Of a stretch of DNA of 64,000 nt, positions 25,055 through 39,574 are shown one piece after another; the stretch's first letter is position 1, and every line of letters begins with the position of its first letter. The notes beneath the pieces are model-generated. The model saw nothing but the letters and a program-made list of their open reading frames with translations, was not told the DNA's origin and ran no database searches. Made by a program: the position numbers and the translations under genes. The stretch is from Octopus vulgaris (lineage: Eukaryota), in the NCBI GenBank assembly GCA_951406725.2, contig OX597832.1:58714001-58778000 (forward strand). The letters are read 5' to 3'.

Positions 25055-25475
25055 ACTTTTCTACTCTAAACGCAAGGCCCGAAATTTTTGTGGAGGGTGC
25101 TAGTCGATTATATCGACCCCAGTACGCGGCTGGTACTTACTTTATCGACCCCGAAATGATAAAAAGCAAGTCGACCTCGATGTAATTTGAACTCAGAGTG
25201 TAAAAACAGACGAAATATCGCTAAACGTTTCACCCGGCGTTCTAAAATTCTGCATGAATGTTAGTGTATACGTCTCTTTGTGTTTGTGTGCATGTTGCAA
25301 GCACTTCAGAACCGGTGTAAGCTTGTTTGCATCGTCATAATATAACAGTTCAGAAAAAAAGCATCTATATAGCAAGTACCAGAATTAATATACCAGAGTC
25401 ATTTGTTGGACATATAGCACTTCAGGGCGGAGCTCCAGCATAGCCGCAATGAAATGACTGAATGAAGTAAAAGTG
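25055..25475. mobile_element. SINE family B (minus, 25055-25255) followed by a degraded SINE family A 3' half (plus)
   Basis: Family motifs atcgaccccgaaatgat... and ctccagcatagccgcaat. Confidence 0.75.
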
Positions 25476-25999
25476 TGAATACGTTCATTGATCCGACTCC
25501 AAAGGATTTTCCTAAAAATATCATCATACGTGTTGCTTGTTGCAGATACATTTGTTGTAAGGAGGCCGTGATTTCTCCGCCCTTCTGCTTAAATTTTCTA
25601 TTTCTCGCCGTTGTCTATTAACTTCCCATACATACTTTATAAATCTGCTTCATTCATATTTATTTCTAGTTTCTGAAGTATTAGACACATTATATTGTAT
25701 ATTCAAAAGCAGACAGCAATGGTTGACTATTCTAGCGTTTCCTGTTCGACAGCTTCACTGTTCTACCGAAAATAATCGCTTCGCGTTTTTAGATAGTAGT
25801 TACCAAACCTTAACACTGCTATAAAACAGAGTTAAAAGCAAACTTATACCCCTAGAGTGCATCATCACTGATCCTTATCGGAGACGTAAATAGCATAAAA
25901 ATTCTTGCAACCATCTCTAATTTATCATCAACATTTAGGTATTTCTCAATTATTGTTAAATCTCCAGAGGCGGATAAAATCAAGATAAATGCAAAAAGC

Positions 26000-26510
<511 letters not shown>

Positions 26511-26789
26511 GTTTATAGTTATCGAATGTTTCCCCCCCCACCTCTTAACTATATTAATATTAATGACACGGAAGTAACGATTGTTATGACAAAGATGAAA
26601 CTACTAAAATATGTCTAAATAATATAGACTGACTGTTTAAAAAAAAAAACCCATAAAAATACCCCCAAAAATATATAAATAAAAAATGCAAACTCGGCAT
26701 CAGTTGTTTTTCTTGCCGTCTGCTCATTAAGGAAACTTGTGAGAAAGCACCAAACATGTGCACGCGCATACACACACAGAGGCAGGTTT

Positions 26790-26916
26790 AAGTGTGTGTA
26801 TGTGTGTATGTGTTTGTGTATATACATACTTTTAGTCGTATATATATATATGCATATTTACATATACATATTTATACATATTTATATGTTTATATATATG
26901 CATATATATGTATGTT

Positions 26917-26977
<61 letters not shown>

Positions 26978-27108
26978 TTATGTATATATACTTATATATA
27001 TGTATGTATGTATATATATATAATATTTATACTGATATATATATACTTATATATACATATATATATGTGTATGTATATAAATATATATATATATTTATAT
27101 AATATATG

Positions 27109-27142
<34 letters not shown>

Positions 27143-27245
27143 GTACCATATATACATTGAAAAGTAATATATATTTATATATATATATGTATATATATAT
27201 AAATATATATATATGTATATATATCTTACTTTTCACTATATATGT
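26790..27245. repeat. (TA)-rich low-complexity tract
   Basis: Directly visible. Confidence 0.95.
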
Positions 27246-27967
27246 GTTAATGGATGCTTGCATGCAAATTTTCTCTATCTCCGTCTTCCTTTCTCTCCCT
27301 TCCCGTTCCCCTCTCCACCCTATGTCTCTCTTTCTCGTCCCCTCTCTGTATTAATGAATTGCTATCATTATAGAAATAGACAGACATTATTTATTTCCAT
27401 AAACTTATCCAAAGCCCATGTGAAGTTGTAATATCGCAAATCGCGCTCATATTTACGCTCCACTGACCATGCAAATACTTTCTATTGAGTGCTAATAGCC
27501 GAGTCTGCGATAGACTGAATACCCAGGAAATTCAGTTCTGTTCTCTGATTTTTATATCGTTCTTTATCGTTCTTTATATAGGATATAGAATTTCCTAAAC
27601 TACAGTAGAATTTTTCTCTATTTGTGTCAACTTCACACAGCTCCGTTATGGAAGCGAGAAGAGATTAAAAAAAATGAAAAGAAACAGTAAAAACTTTGGG
27701 TTACTGTATCGGGTTATCAAGTGTAGAGAATAATGAAGATGATACGATAATAACTGGATATATGCAGTTTGTGCTATGATGTGGCGGTGTAAAATATCGA
27801 AAATAAATAGCTTCGATTTTTTAACGAACACATTGATGTGTATATGCGTATGTATATAAGTATACGACATGTGAACAGCTGAGTATGCATTTATTTATAT
27901 TCCATATAAATGTACTTGTAATAAACATATATACCCCCATATATTCGACTGTGTGTGCATTTTAAGT

Positions 27968-27998
<31 letters not shown>

Positions 27999-28048
27999 GT
28001 ATATATATGTATATATATATGTATACATATACATACATACATACATAC

Positions 28049-28145
<97 letters not shown>

Positions 28146-28149
28146 TTTC

Positions 28150-28365
28150 TGCCAATACGCACTTGTCGTGAAATTTTGAGGTGACGAGTTAGGTAGTCGA
28201 CTGTGTCGGCCCACTGCTCGTCTGATACTTAATTGATCGACCTCGAAAAGCTGAAGAATATATAACGTCGATTCGGGTAACATTTGAACTCGGAACGTAA
28301 AAAACAGACAAAATAACGCTAAGCATTTTCACCGGCGTGTTAACAATTCTATCATGGCGTCCTTT
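28150..28365 (-). mobile_element. Degraded SINE family B
   Basis: gatacttaattgatcgacctcgaaaag...tttgaactcggaacg...gctaagcattttcaccggcgtg. Confidence 0.7.
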
Positions 28366-28640
28366 CAGTATCCAATTATATATATATGAAAACAATTTAC
28401 CAGTAAACTGAAGAATTTCTGAACACTTTTTAGACTTGCAAACTGTTTGCATGTGCAAGAGCCGTCATTTGAAAGATTCGCATACCACATGCCTGTAAGT
28501 TTCAGACGTCATAGGGAGAAAATGGGTACGTATTCTAGGCCTTCCTCTCGACAGTTTCGCAGCATGACTTCTCGGCAATCACTAATGTAAGGGTTCCACT
28601 TTACGGGATCCATATATTTATTAAACATTTACGTGAAGTT

Positions 28641-28686
28641 GACAGTGACTTCGAAGTTTCGGCTGGTTCGTTTTCATCAGACTGTC
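28641..28686 (-). ncRNA. Type I hammerhead ribozyme motif
   Basis: GACAGT CTGATGA AAACGAACCAGCC GAAAC TTCGAA GTC ACTGTC. Perfect 6-bp stem I, canonical core, palindromic stem III ACTTCGAAGT and GUC site; stem II is disrupted. Confidence 0.75.
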
Positions 28687-28721
28687 TTCAAATTCATTCT
28701 CAACCATCTTATATAATTTTA

Positions 28722-28752
<31 letters not shown>

Positions 28753-28976
28753 TGAAGAGATGTGCGTGTGTGTGTATACAGAGAGAGAGAGAGAGAGAGA
28801 GAGACTGGGAAAGAGACAGACAGACAGACAGACAGAAAAGTAATAATGCAGATAAACACTATTAACCATGAGACCGACGCAGACATACCCCATGCACTCA
28901 CACACACACAGATGCAAATATATTTATATTGAGCATAATTCCAGAATACTGTGAAGAAAATACAAAATTTAGTAAA

Positions 28977-29124
28977 TCGACAGCTGTTTCAGGACGCTAG
29001 GAGGTACGCAATAATCTTGATGGTTATAATTTGCAGATTTAGTATTAAAAAAAAAGTCATGGGTATGCAATTAATAAAGAGTCACACAGAGATATTACAA
29101 TAAATCCAGTTTCCTTCATCAGGA
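28977..29124 (-). ncRNA. Type I hammerhead ribozyme motif with very long stem II insertion
   Basis: TC CTGATGA AGGA AACTGG ...about 110 nt... CTAG CG TCCT GAAAC AGCT GTC GA. Canonical core and palindromic stem III; stem I is only 2 bp. Confidence 0.6.
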
Positions 29125-29287
29125 AAATGTTGGCAAAGACGATTTATACAGGCTTTGCAGCACTTCCTCTTTGTTTCCACTGTCCAGATTATGTTACCAA
29201 ATTTTGACCCTTCGCAAAATCCTAAATTTTATTTAATTTGCCTTGAGGGAGCAACTGTTTCATCGAAAGCGTATATTGTTGTTAAAT

Positions 29288-29569
<282 letters not shown>

Positions 29570-29691
29570 GTATATATGTAGGTATGTACATATACGTATG
29601 TATATATGCATATATATTTCATTATATGACTGAACGCCATGGATCCTCTTCCAAGTAAGTTTTATCTACATATATACACACATTAATATAC

Positions 29692-29780
<89 letters not shown>

Positions 29781-30394
29781 TGCGTGTGTGTATGTGTGTG
29801 TGTGTGTGTGTAATTAATTATTAAAAAATTGTATGGTATGCACCTGACAGTTCGCAGGTAAAGCTCATTTATAGGCTTAGTGTTCGTTGGGGAATTGATT
29901 AATGAAAGATACGGAAGATGTATGACCCCCATCTAGAATCGATCCTTCGCGATTGGGATACTGAACATCTAGTCTAGTCGTATCTGTCGGTGTAGATGTG
30001 ACTCAGGTGATTTCGAGAAGTATCTCGTTAACATAAACTCTGTTTCGCAAATTTTTTTTTTGTTCTTCGTATATATAAATAGCAAATAGATGTATGCAGC
30101 TTCATGCTTGTATAACATCTATAACAAATATCAGATACAAAAGGAAACCGATACACAATAAACTGAAAAAATATTGGATATAATCTTTGGTAGATATGGA
30201 TGTATAAGCGCCCACACATACATAGTCTGCTGCACGTACATGTGCTCGTACAAACGCATATACAAGCGCGCGCACACACACATATACACACATACTGCAC
30301 ACACTTGTGAACTGGTGTAATTTGCATGTGACTCACTCGACAAGAGTTTAATACTTAAACAGTGAAACCATATCAATATCCAGAATGTGTAAGA

Positions 30395-31030
30395 CGGCGA
30401 GCTGGCAGAAATGTTAGCACGCCGGGCGAAATGCGTAGCCGTATTTCGTCTGCCGTTGCGTTCTGAGTTCAAATTCCGCCGAGGTCGACTTCGCCTTTCA
30501 TCCTTTCGGGGTCGATTAAATAAGTACCAGTTACGCACTGGGGTCGATATAATCGACTTAATCCGTTTGTCTGTCCTTGTTTGTCCTCTCTTTATTTAGC
30601 CCCTTGTGGGTAGTAAAGAAATGGGTATTTCGTATGTGTTTACGTTCTGAGTTCAAATTCCGCCGAGATCGACTTTGCCTTTCATCCTTTCGGGGTGGAT
30701 TAAATAAGTACCAGTTACGCACTGGGGTCGATATAATCGACTTAATCCGTGTGTCTGTTCTTGTTTGTCCTCTCTGTATTTAGCCCTTTGTGGGTAGTAA
30801 AGAAATGGGTATTTCGTCTGTGTTTACGTACCGAGTTCAAATTCCACCGAGGTCGACTTTGCCTTTCATCCTTTCGGGATTGATAAATTAAGTACATGTT
30901 ACGCAATGGGGTCGATGTAATCGACTTAATTCCTTTCTGCGTCCTTGTTTGTCCCCCTTTATGTTTAGCCCTTTGTGAGCAATAAAGAAATATAAAGAAA
31001 AAAACATTAGTAGGCCGGGCGAAATGCTTT
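30395..31030 (+). mobile_element. SINE family B trimer (one head plus three body-tail units)
   Basis: Head ggcgagctggcagaaatgttagcacgccgggcgaaatgc, then three repeats of the body ending gtagtaaagaaat. Confidence 0.92.
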
Positions 31031-31085
31031 TTTTAAGATCTCAATGAATTCGAAATGGTATTAAAAAGAAGTGCAATATACTGTC

Positions 31086-31416
31086 AGCGCATGGCTTAGT
31101 GATTAGAGCGTCGAGCTTACGATCATGAGTTTGTGAGTTCGATTCCCAGCCCGGGCTGCGTGTTGTATTCTTGAGCAAGACACTTTATTTCACGTTGCTC
31201 CAGTTCATTCAGCTGTAGAAATGAGTTGCGTCATCACTAGTGCCAAGCTGCATCGACCCCTTTGCTTTTCCCTTGGATAACATCGATGGCTTAGAGAGGT
31301 GAGAATGGTATGCGTGGGCGTCTGCTGGTCTTCCATAAACAAACTTGACCGGACTTGTGTCTCGGAGGGGAACTTTGTAGGTGCAACCCATGGTCATTCA
31401 TTAGCGAAAAGGGTCA
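31086..31416 (+). mobile_element. tRNA-derived SINE (family C/D)
   Basis: gcgcatggcttagtgattagagcg...gagttcgattccc (A/B boxes), then ttgagcaagacactttatttcacgttgctccag. Confidence 0.8.
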
Positions 31417-31429
31417 CTCCAATATACTG

Positions 31430-33140
31430 TATCAAATTTTGGCAAAAAGCCAGCAATTTTCAGGGGAGTGATAAGTTGATAACATCGAGCACAAAGCCCA
31501 ACGGGCATTTATTTTATCGACTTCTACAGAGTAGAAGTCAAAGTGAACGCCAGTGGCGTTTGAACTCAGAACGGAAAGAGCCGGAAGAAAGGTCGCTAAA
31601 CATGTTTTCGACACCCTACAGATTCTGCCAGCTCCCCGCCTTTCTGTAATTTGTAATAATATATGAATATTTGTGCAGGATGCAGCAGAAGCAATTGCAT
31701 CTTTTCCTAGACCATTGCTGTAACGTTATTAATATTAAACAGATGGAAGGCGACACGATTGCAGAATCGTTAGCACGCCGGGCAAAATGCTTAGAAGCGT
31801 TTCGTCTGCCGTTATGTTCTCTGTTCAAATTCCGCCGAGGTCGACTTTGCCTTTCATCCTTTCGGGGTCAATAAATTAAGTACCAGTTACGCACTGAGGT
31901 CGATGTAATTGACTTATCCCGGATACGGAAATTCTTGGCCTTGAGCTAAAATTTGAAACCAGTATTCTTTTCTACTCTAGGCACAAAGTCCGGAATATTT
32001 GGGGAGGGGCCACTCAATTAGATCGATCCCAGTACGCAACTAGTACTTAATTTATCGACCCCGAAAGGATGAAATGCAAAGTCGATCTTGGCCGTAGAGA
32101 TGGACGAAATACTGCTAAGCATTTCGCCCGAATGCTAACGTTTCTGCCAGCTCGCCGCCTTAATATGAAACCAATATTCGTTTCTACTCTTGGCACAAGT
32201 CCCGAAATTTTCGTGGGAGGGGCCAGTCGATTAGATCGACCTAAGTACGCAACTGGTACTTAATATTTCGACCCCGAAATGATGAAATACAAAGTCTATC
32301 TCGGCTGAAATTGAACTCAGAATGTAAAGACATAAAATACCTATTTCTTTACTAACCACAGGGGGCTACATACACAGAGGACAAACAAGATCAGACAAAC
32401 GGATTAAGTCGATTATATCGACCCCAGTGCGTAACTGGTACTTATTTAATCGACTCCAAAAGGTTGAAAGGCAAAGTTAATCTCAGGGGAATTTGAACTC
32501 AGAACGTAACGGCAGAAGAAATATGGCTACGCATTTCGCATTTCGCCCGGCGTGCTAACGATTCTCTCAGCTCGTCGCCCTAATTGAAACCAATATTAGA
32601 TAGATGGAATTCGACAAACTGGTAGAATGTTCAGCACGCTGGGGAAAATGCTTAATGGTATTTCGTCCTCGTTTACGTTCTGACTTCAAAATTCGGCCGA
32701 GGTCAACTTTGCTTTTCATCCTTTCGGGGTTGATGAAATTAGTACCAGTCGAGTACTGGGGTTGATGCAATCGACATGCCCCTTACCCCGAAATCGCTGG
32801 CCTTGTTCCAAAATTTTAGACCAATATTAAACAGACGGTAATGGCATCTTCATGCATCTACTTTCTTTCTTTCTTGAATTTTTCTTTTTTTTGAGGCGGT
32901 GAGTTAGAAGTTTTAGCGCGTCGAACAAACTGCTTGACTGTTTTTCGTCCTGCTTTCCCTCCGTCTTTAAGTTCTGAGTTTAAATTATTCACCGAGGTCA
33001 AACTTGTTTTTCATCATTTCAGGGTCCATAAAATAATACCAGTCACGCAATGGGGCCGATGTAATCGAGCGATACCTCACCACCCCTTAACAAAAAAAAA
33101 AAAGAAAATTGCTGACCTTCTCCCAGCATTTGAAACCAAA
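31430..33140. mobile_element. Cluster of SINE family B copies in alternating orientation (-31430-31640, +31745-31962, -31965-32600, +32625-32830, +32895-33140)
   Basis: Family motifs read on both strands. Confidence 0.85.
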
Positions 33141-33163
33141 ATTTCATTGTTATCTTTTTTATA

Positions 33164-33257
33164 GGTTATCATCTGACCTGGACTTTTGAACATCGTGCGT
33201 ATGCTTTTGAAATTTATCAAGAACGGTGATGCTGAGTTTCTTGGCCACACCCTGTAG
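33164..33257 (+). mobile_element. Internally deleted Tc1/mariner (rosa/DD41D-like) fragment
   Basis: WTFEHRAYAFEI then (frameshift) IKNGD resembles the N-terminal HTH of such transposases, followed directly by a TIR-like end tcttggccacaccctgta. Confidence 0.45.
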
Positions 33258-33908
33258 ATGAGGGACGTATTTCCTAATGTTTAATGTCTGTTTTTCTTTC
33301 TTTCTTTAACATCCTACGATTCGAAAATGAAAAGGAACAGAATTGTTAACTACGGAGCATTAACAATTTTCCTTTTGTCTGGAAATGTTCCCTTTTCAAA
33401 TCAGAACTTGCAGATATGAGACAGAGATTCGGCAATTCTTTGAATGAATTTCCTCAGTATCACCCTCTCATCTTAATTCAAGTCTGTAGAATTTTGTTCT
33501 TACATTTACAAACAATGATTCCGATGATTCTATTATGATTCCATTATTCTTCTATCGCTCTAAGTAAAATCGAATTCAGATTTTTATTCTCATAATCACA
33601 ATCGGTAGACGTGTTATATTTTTTTTTTGTTTCTTACTGGACGAATCATTGTTTTTGTTTTGTTTTGTTTTGTACTTTTTTTTCTTGTTCTTGCTGTCAA
33701 TTCTGGTCGCACACTTACAAAGAATTTATTAAAACCATCAACCACATCATTGATATTATTTATGGTCTTATCGTTGTCAATAAAATATTGAAAGTAACTT
33801 GAGATTTAAGAACCAGCTCAATTAATGCTGTTTAACACACGCCGTATATCTTTAATGTGTGTTTTATTATTCTCCCAATATTTTATCATGATATTAGTCA
33901 AGTCCTTG

Positions 33909-34035
<127 letters not shown>

Positions 34036-34525
34036 CTTGTATACATATATGTAGGTATGTGTGTATTTTATACGTATTTCTTTTCTGCTTCTGTAGTTCT
34101 ATGCATTATGAATCCTTTATATACGATATTTTCTTCCTTTTGAAGGCATTTCGTAATCACTTTGTGATTCATGAAGATTCTATATTATTGTATATTTTAT
34201 CGGTCGATTTTTGTCGCACAACGATTTAAATACTTTTTCTAATGTTTCATGAGCTTTGTCGAAATCTTCTTCGTGCAATCTTTTCAAACTTTATTAGTAA
34301 TTCATACTGATATATGGAGGCGCGTGTGTGTGTGTGTTGTGCTGGTGGTAGTGGTGGGGAGAGTGGGGGTAAGACAGGAAGAGAGAGAGAGAGAGAAAAA
34401 GAAAGGGAGAGAGCGAGAGACAAAAAGAAATAGACATTGGGATGGATAGACAGACTGAGAAAGGAGTGTGTGAGAAAAAAAGAAAAAAAGTAAACGTAAA
34501 TATACATAGATATATATGTGTTCAC

Positions 34526-34561
<36 letters not shown>

Positions 34562-35084
34562 AATCATCAACATCATCATCAGCAACAGCAACTACATTAG
34601 ATACTTTCTCTCTCACTCCCTATATATATTGTTTTTTCTTCCTCTCTCTTTCTCTTTATATATATATAGAGAGAGAGTGAGAGAGAGGGGAGAGAAAGAG
34701 CTACAACTAGAATTAATATATATGTATGTTTTAAATGTACGTATATATATATATTTATATCTGTGTGTGTATAGTTGTGTATATTTATAATTATGCGTAT
34801 GCATAAGAAGTTCTATTGAGACAGTTGTTCGATAACTGTGACTGGTTTAGAACATTCAGTAGAGATAATACCTATATCTAGGCTCTTGATTCTATTAAAC
34901 GGTTAGTTTTTTAATTCACAACAACGAGTGATTGATATGTTCCTTTATTGTAATATACGACCTTTACTGTATATGTACTTCCACAGACACACATATGCAC
35001 ATATATGCATACATACACACACACACGTGTGTGCATGTGAACACAATGTACCATTAAGCACAATTATTGTGCGTGCGACAATTA

Positions 35085-35491
35085 CTCTCTTTCTCTTTAC
35101 TCTTTTACTTGTTTCAGTCATTTGACTGCGGCCATGCTGGAGCACCGTCTTTAATCGAGCAACTCGACCCCGGGACTTATTCTTTGTAAGCACAGTACTT
35201 ATTCTATCGGTCTCTTTTTGCCGAACCACTAAGTGATGGGGACATAAACACACCAGCATCGGTTGTCAAGCAATGCTAGGGGGACAAACACAGACACACA
35301 AACACACACACATACATATATACATATATACGACGGGCTTCTTTTAGTTTCCGTCTACCAAATCCACTCACAAAGCCTTGGTCGGCCCGAGGCTATAGAA
35401 GAAGTCACTTTCCCAAGGTGCCACGCAGTGGGACTGAACCCGGAACCATGTGGTTGGTGAACAAGCTACTTACACAGCCACTCCTGCGCCT
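35085..35491 (-). mobile_element. SINE family A, full length
   Basis: Near-consensus from the tactcttttac tail to the actcctgcgcct head. Confidence 0.92.
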
Positions 35492-36244
35492 AAAATAAGT
35501 TACTTTATTTTCTTAAAAATACTCACTCGGCACTTCAAAGTTTGTTATATAAACGTTCTCATATGTCAAATGCTATTTTTTTTAGCCTTATGAAGATGAT
35601 ATCAGTTGTCAATGGTGCTTAGCTTAATGGTAGTATTCATAGGTAAATGTTCCCAGTCTTCTAAGGAGTCTTTACTCGATCGTCGAAGCTGTTTTCACGG
35701 TTTTTCTGTTTCTTAGAATTCCATTATTTTCTGGAAAACACCAACTCAGCGCTTCAATCTTGTTGCTTCAATCTTAAGAATTGAAGTCGCATAGTAGCCC
35801 ACTTGATAATTTTTATTTCAAAATATCTGTAACATTGAAATCTAAGACGTGGATAATTTAAAATTCAGTTGAATTTCCCTCAGTCACTTTAGGCACACTT
35901 ACCTCTGATTGCAACATATTTCGATGTGATTAAACCTGTTAAAATTATAAGTTCCTTCCACAAATATGCATATAAGTTTATCTTCTCTAAGTCTATATCA
36001 TTTGCATGTTGGTCCACCTACTGATATGGAATAAAAACTTCTTATGAGAGCATGAAATTGTAACATTATCACTTAATTCTGAGTTATGATTAGCACAAGG
36101 GAAACCGGTCGACTACAGAACTATTTTACTTCATGAACATATGCATTATGTATATATTCATATTTAGTACAGCATAATTTTTTTTTTGTTTTCTTTCTAT
36201 TCATATTTTTCACTACATGGTAATTTTTTTGATCGAACATTTTC

Positions 36245-36323
<79 letters not shown>

Positions 36324-36585
36324 ACACGCACACATGTAATGGCTCAATTGACCGAAACCTAGAAGTTGGTTTCAATGATATTCTTGGTTAAGAAAGATAA
36401 ATTTGTATTCTACAAAATTATAGAATTATCATTCAGATTAAAGCAAAACATTTCTTTTTAATATATCTGAACATAAAAACAAACGTTAATAAATAAATTC
36501 AAACATATAAACCTATATACATACATACATAAATACATACATATATACATACATACATACATACATACATACATACATACATACA

Positions 36586-36671
<86 letters not shown>

Positions 36672-36673
<2 letters not shown>

Positions 36674-37487
36674 AAACTTAGATAAAAACTTAGATATGTT
36701 TCGACCAGAGATTGGTCCAGGCCATGTCTAACTTAATAGCACCACCTGATAGGATTATTCGAATCCTGTTTAAGTCAAGTTTTGTTCAAGTAGTGAGTTC
36801 TTGTTGGGTGAGTTGTATCCAGTTTTGTTCAAGTAGTGAGTTCTTGTTGGGTGAGTTGTATCCAATTATGGGTGGCTTGTCTGGTATTCTTTGAAGGAAT
36901 CTATCCAGACTCTGTTTGAAGTTGATGGGATCCTTTTCCTCTTTGATCTCCCTCGGGACAATGTTAAATAGGGCAGGGCCTGTTGAGGAAAAGAAATTAT
37001 GTTGCAGTGTACATGTATGTTGTGATCTTGAATTTGGCAGGGGACGTATAGCCCGTGGTCCAAGTCTCGGATGAACCTTGAAGCTAATGTTTAGGTCGTT
37101 TGGGCAAAGTTGGCGGTATATTTTCCACATCGTACAAATGATGTACCGCTCACGGCGACGCTGGAGGGAGTAAAGTTTCAAGGCTTTAAGGCGATACCAA
37201 TAGTCGAGAGCAGCCATGCCTTCAATTTGTTTAGTGAGAGCCCTCTGGGGTGACTCAATTCTGGAGATGTTTTGTCTTGTGTGAGGAGACCACAGTGGGC
37301 AGCAGTATTCAAGGTGTGGCCGTACAAAGGATGAAAAAAGTGGTATGATGACACCTTGTTCTCTGGACCGGAAAGTTCTTAAGATCCAGGAACTCATCCT
37401 ACGAGCTGTATCGACCTTCTTGTTGATGTGTGCACTCCAACTGAGATCGTCATCAACAATTACACCCAGGTCTCTGATATTGTTAGA
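36672..37487 (-). mobile_element. 5'-truncated CR1-group LINE (C-terminal ORF2 and 3' UTR)
   Basis: Open frame IRDLGVIVDDDLSWSAHI...FVRPHLEYCCPLWSPH...RLKALKLYSLQRRRER. The 3' UTR has stem-loops (gaccaatctctggtc), a terminal repeat atctaagtttt x2 and a 42-bp tandem duplication (about 36780-36863). Inserted in TA/TACA repeats. Confidence 0.92.
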
Positions 37488-38081
37488 GATATACATATGT
37501 GTATATATATGTATACATGCAATATATATGTATAAATGCGTACATATATACATTCATGTACAAACTCACACATTTATATAAACCCCTGAACATAAATGCA
37601 CGCATACATGATACCGTATATACATATACATCAACAGAGAGTACATATTTGGTACGTGCACTGAATGGTGGGGAATCCTACTGCTAAACACAACTCACAA
37701 AAACCAAACCCATAAATTCAAGTCGACAGTATTTTTTCCACTATCCCTGTATGCTATAAGTAAACTCAACAGTCCCATGGCTATATTTTAATAATTCGTT
37801 CATCATCTCAATTATAATGTAACATCTTGTTTTCCTAAAAATATACGAGAAAAACGACAACAATATATTTTTATGTATCGTTTCATACATGCGTTGACAA
37901 TTAAGCTAGGTGTATGTGTCTATGTTACGATGGAAGCACAGAAAAACCAAAGTTAAGACTAATTGGAATTCATGATGCATTCATCCACGTCTCTGCAGAT
38001 AAGGCCTTAAGCAGAGCCGCTTCATTTCTTGTTTCTCACTTCGCATACATTTCTTTGCCAGAATATCCGTCCTTATTTAAA

Positions 38082-38717
<636 letters not shown>

Positions 38718-39574
38718 GGGTGTGAGTGTGTTTGTGTGCGAACGCTCATACGCACACTTTTATATAGATATTTTTTCAGTTTCTGGTTGCCTTCAACTAA
38801 AATCCTAATTAAACAAAGGTCACGGTGTTACAGATGATAATTAATTTAAATATTTTATGTAAATATTTTCGCTTTTACGCAAGAGACTAGATGCGCGAAT
38901 AATTGAAAGAGAAACGTGAAAGCACAAATGATTTTAATCCTGTGAGAATGTACGTGTCAAAAATAGCTTCACATAGCTTAAAAAGAGGCTGTGAATTGGA
39001 ACGCACTTCGAGATAAGACATTTTTCTGTCTTAACGAAGACAAAACGGAAAAAACCATCGACATTGTTCTTGTTCATTTTAATAGTCTAGGTCGTGGATA
39101 TAGCTTGTGTTTTTTTCTTTTATTGTCAAAGTGTCGTCATTCCTCAATTCCAATTAATACATATCGTAGTCATGTGGAAAGATTGAAATGGATTCTGAGG
39201 CGAATATGCGAATGTCTACTCTTGTTTATATCACGCAACACTTTGTGAGTTGTCGTCGTAAACAGCAATGACTTGTGTAGTCGGAATGTCCATCTGAAGC
39301 AACTTCGCAAACAAAGTTGAGTGCCTTGTTTATCGTTTCTTCACATATGTTGATTTACTTTTATTTGCTGTGAATCTACTTACAATGCGCTGACTGGTGA
39401 AGGGGACAAGAAATGTCTACAAGTAAGCAGCTGTTGTTTTTTTTTGTTCCAATCTTTGATTATTATATCTGGGCGATAACTGATATTTCCGTGTCAGCTT
39501 AAACAGGCACAACCCAGATGATTGTGGACTGGTCGTTGTCATGTATCTTGTATGGCATATGTTTTTACCATTTT

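Noticed and set aside
36095-36115. GAAACCGGTC, a typical PLE minimal stem III
   Set aside because: No matching CUGANGA or stems I/II upstream; at most a half-motif relic, so not counted.
36688-36725. Hammerhead-like GACCA-loop-TGGTC-GAAAC on the minus strand
   Set aside because: No CUGANGA box upstream; better explained as the CR1 3' recognition stem-loop.
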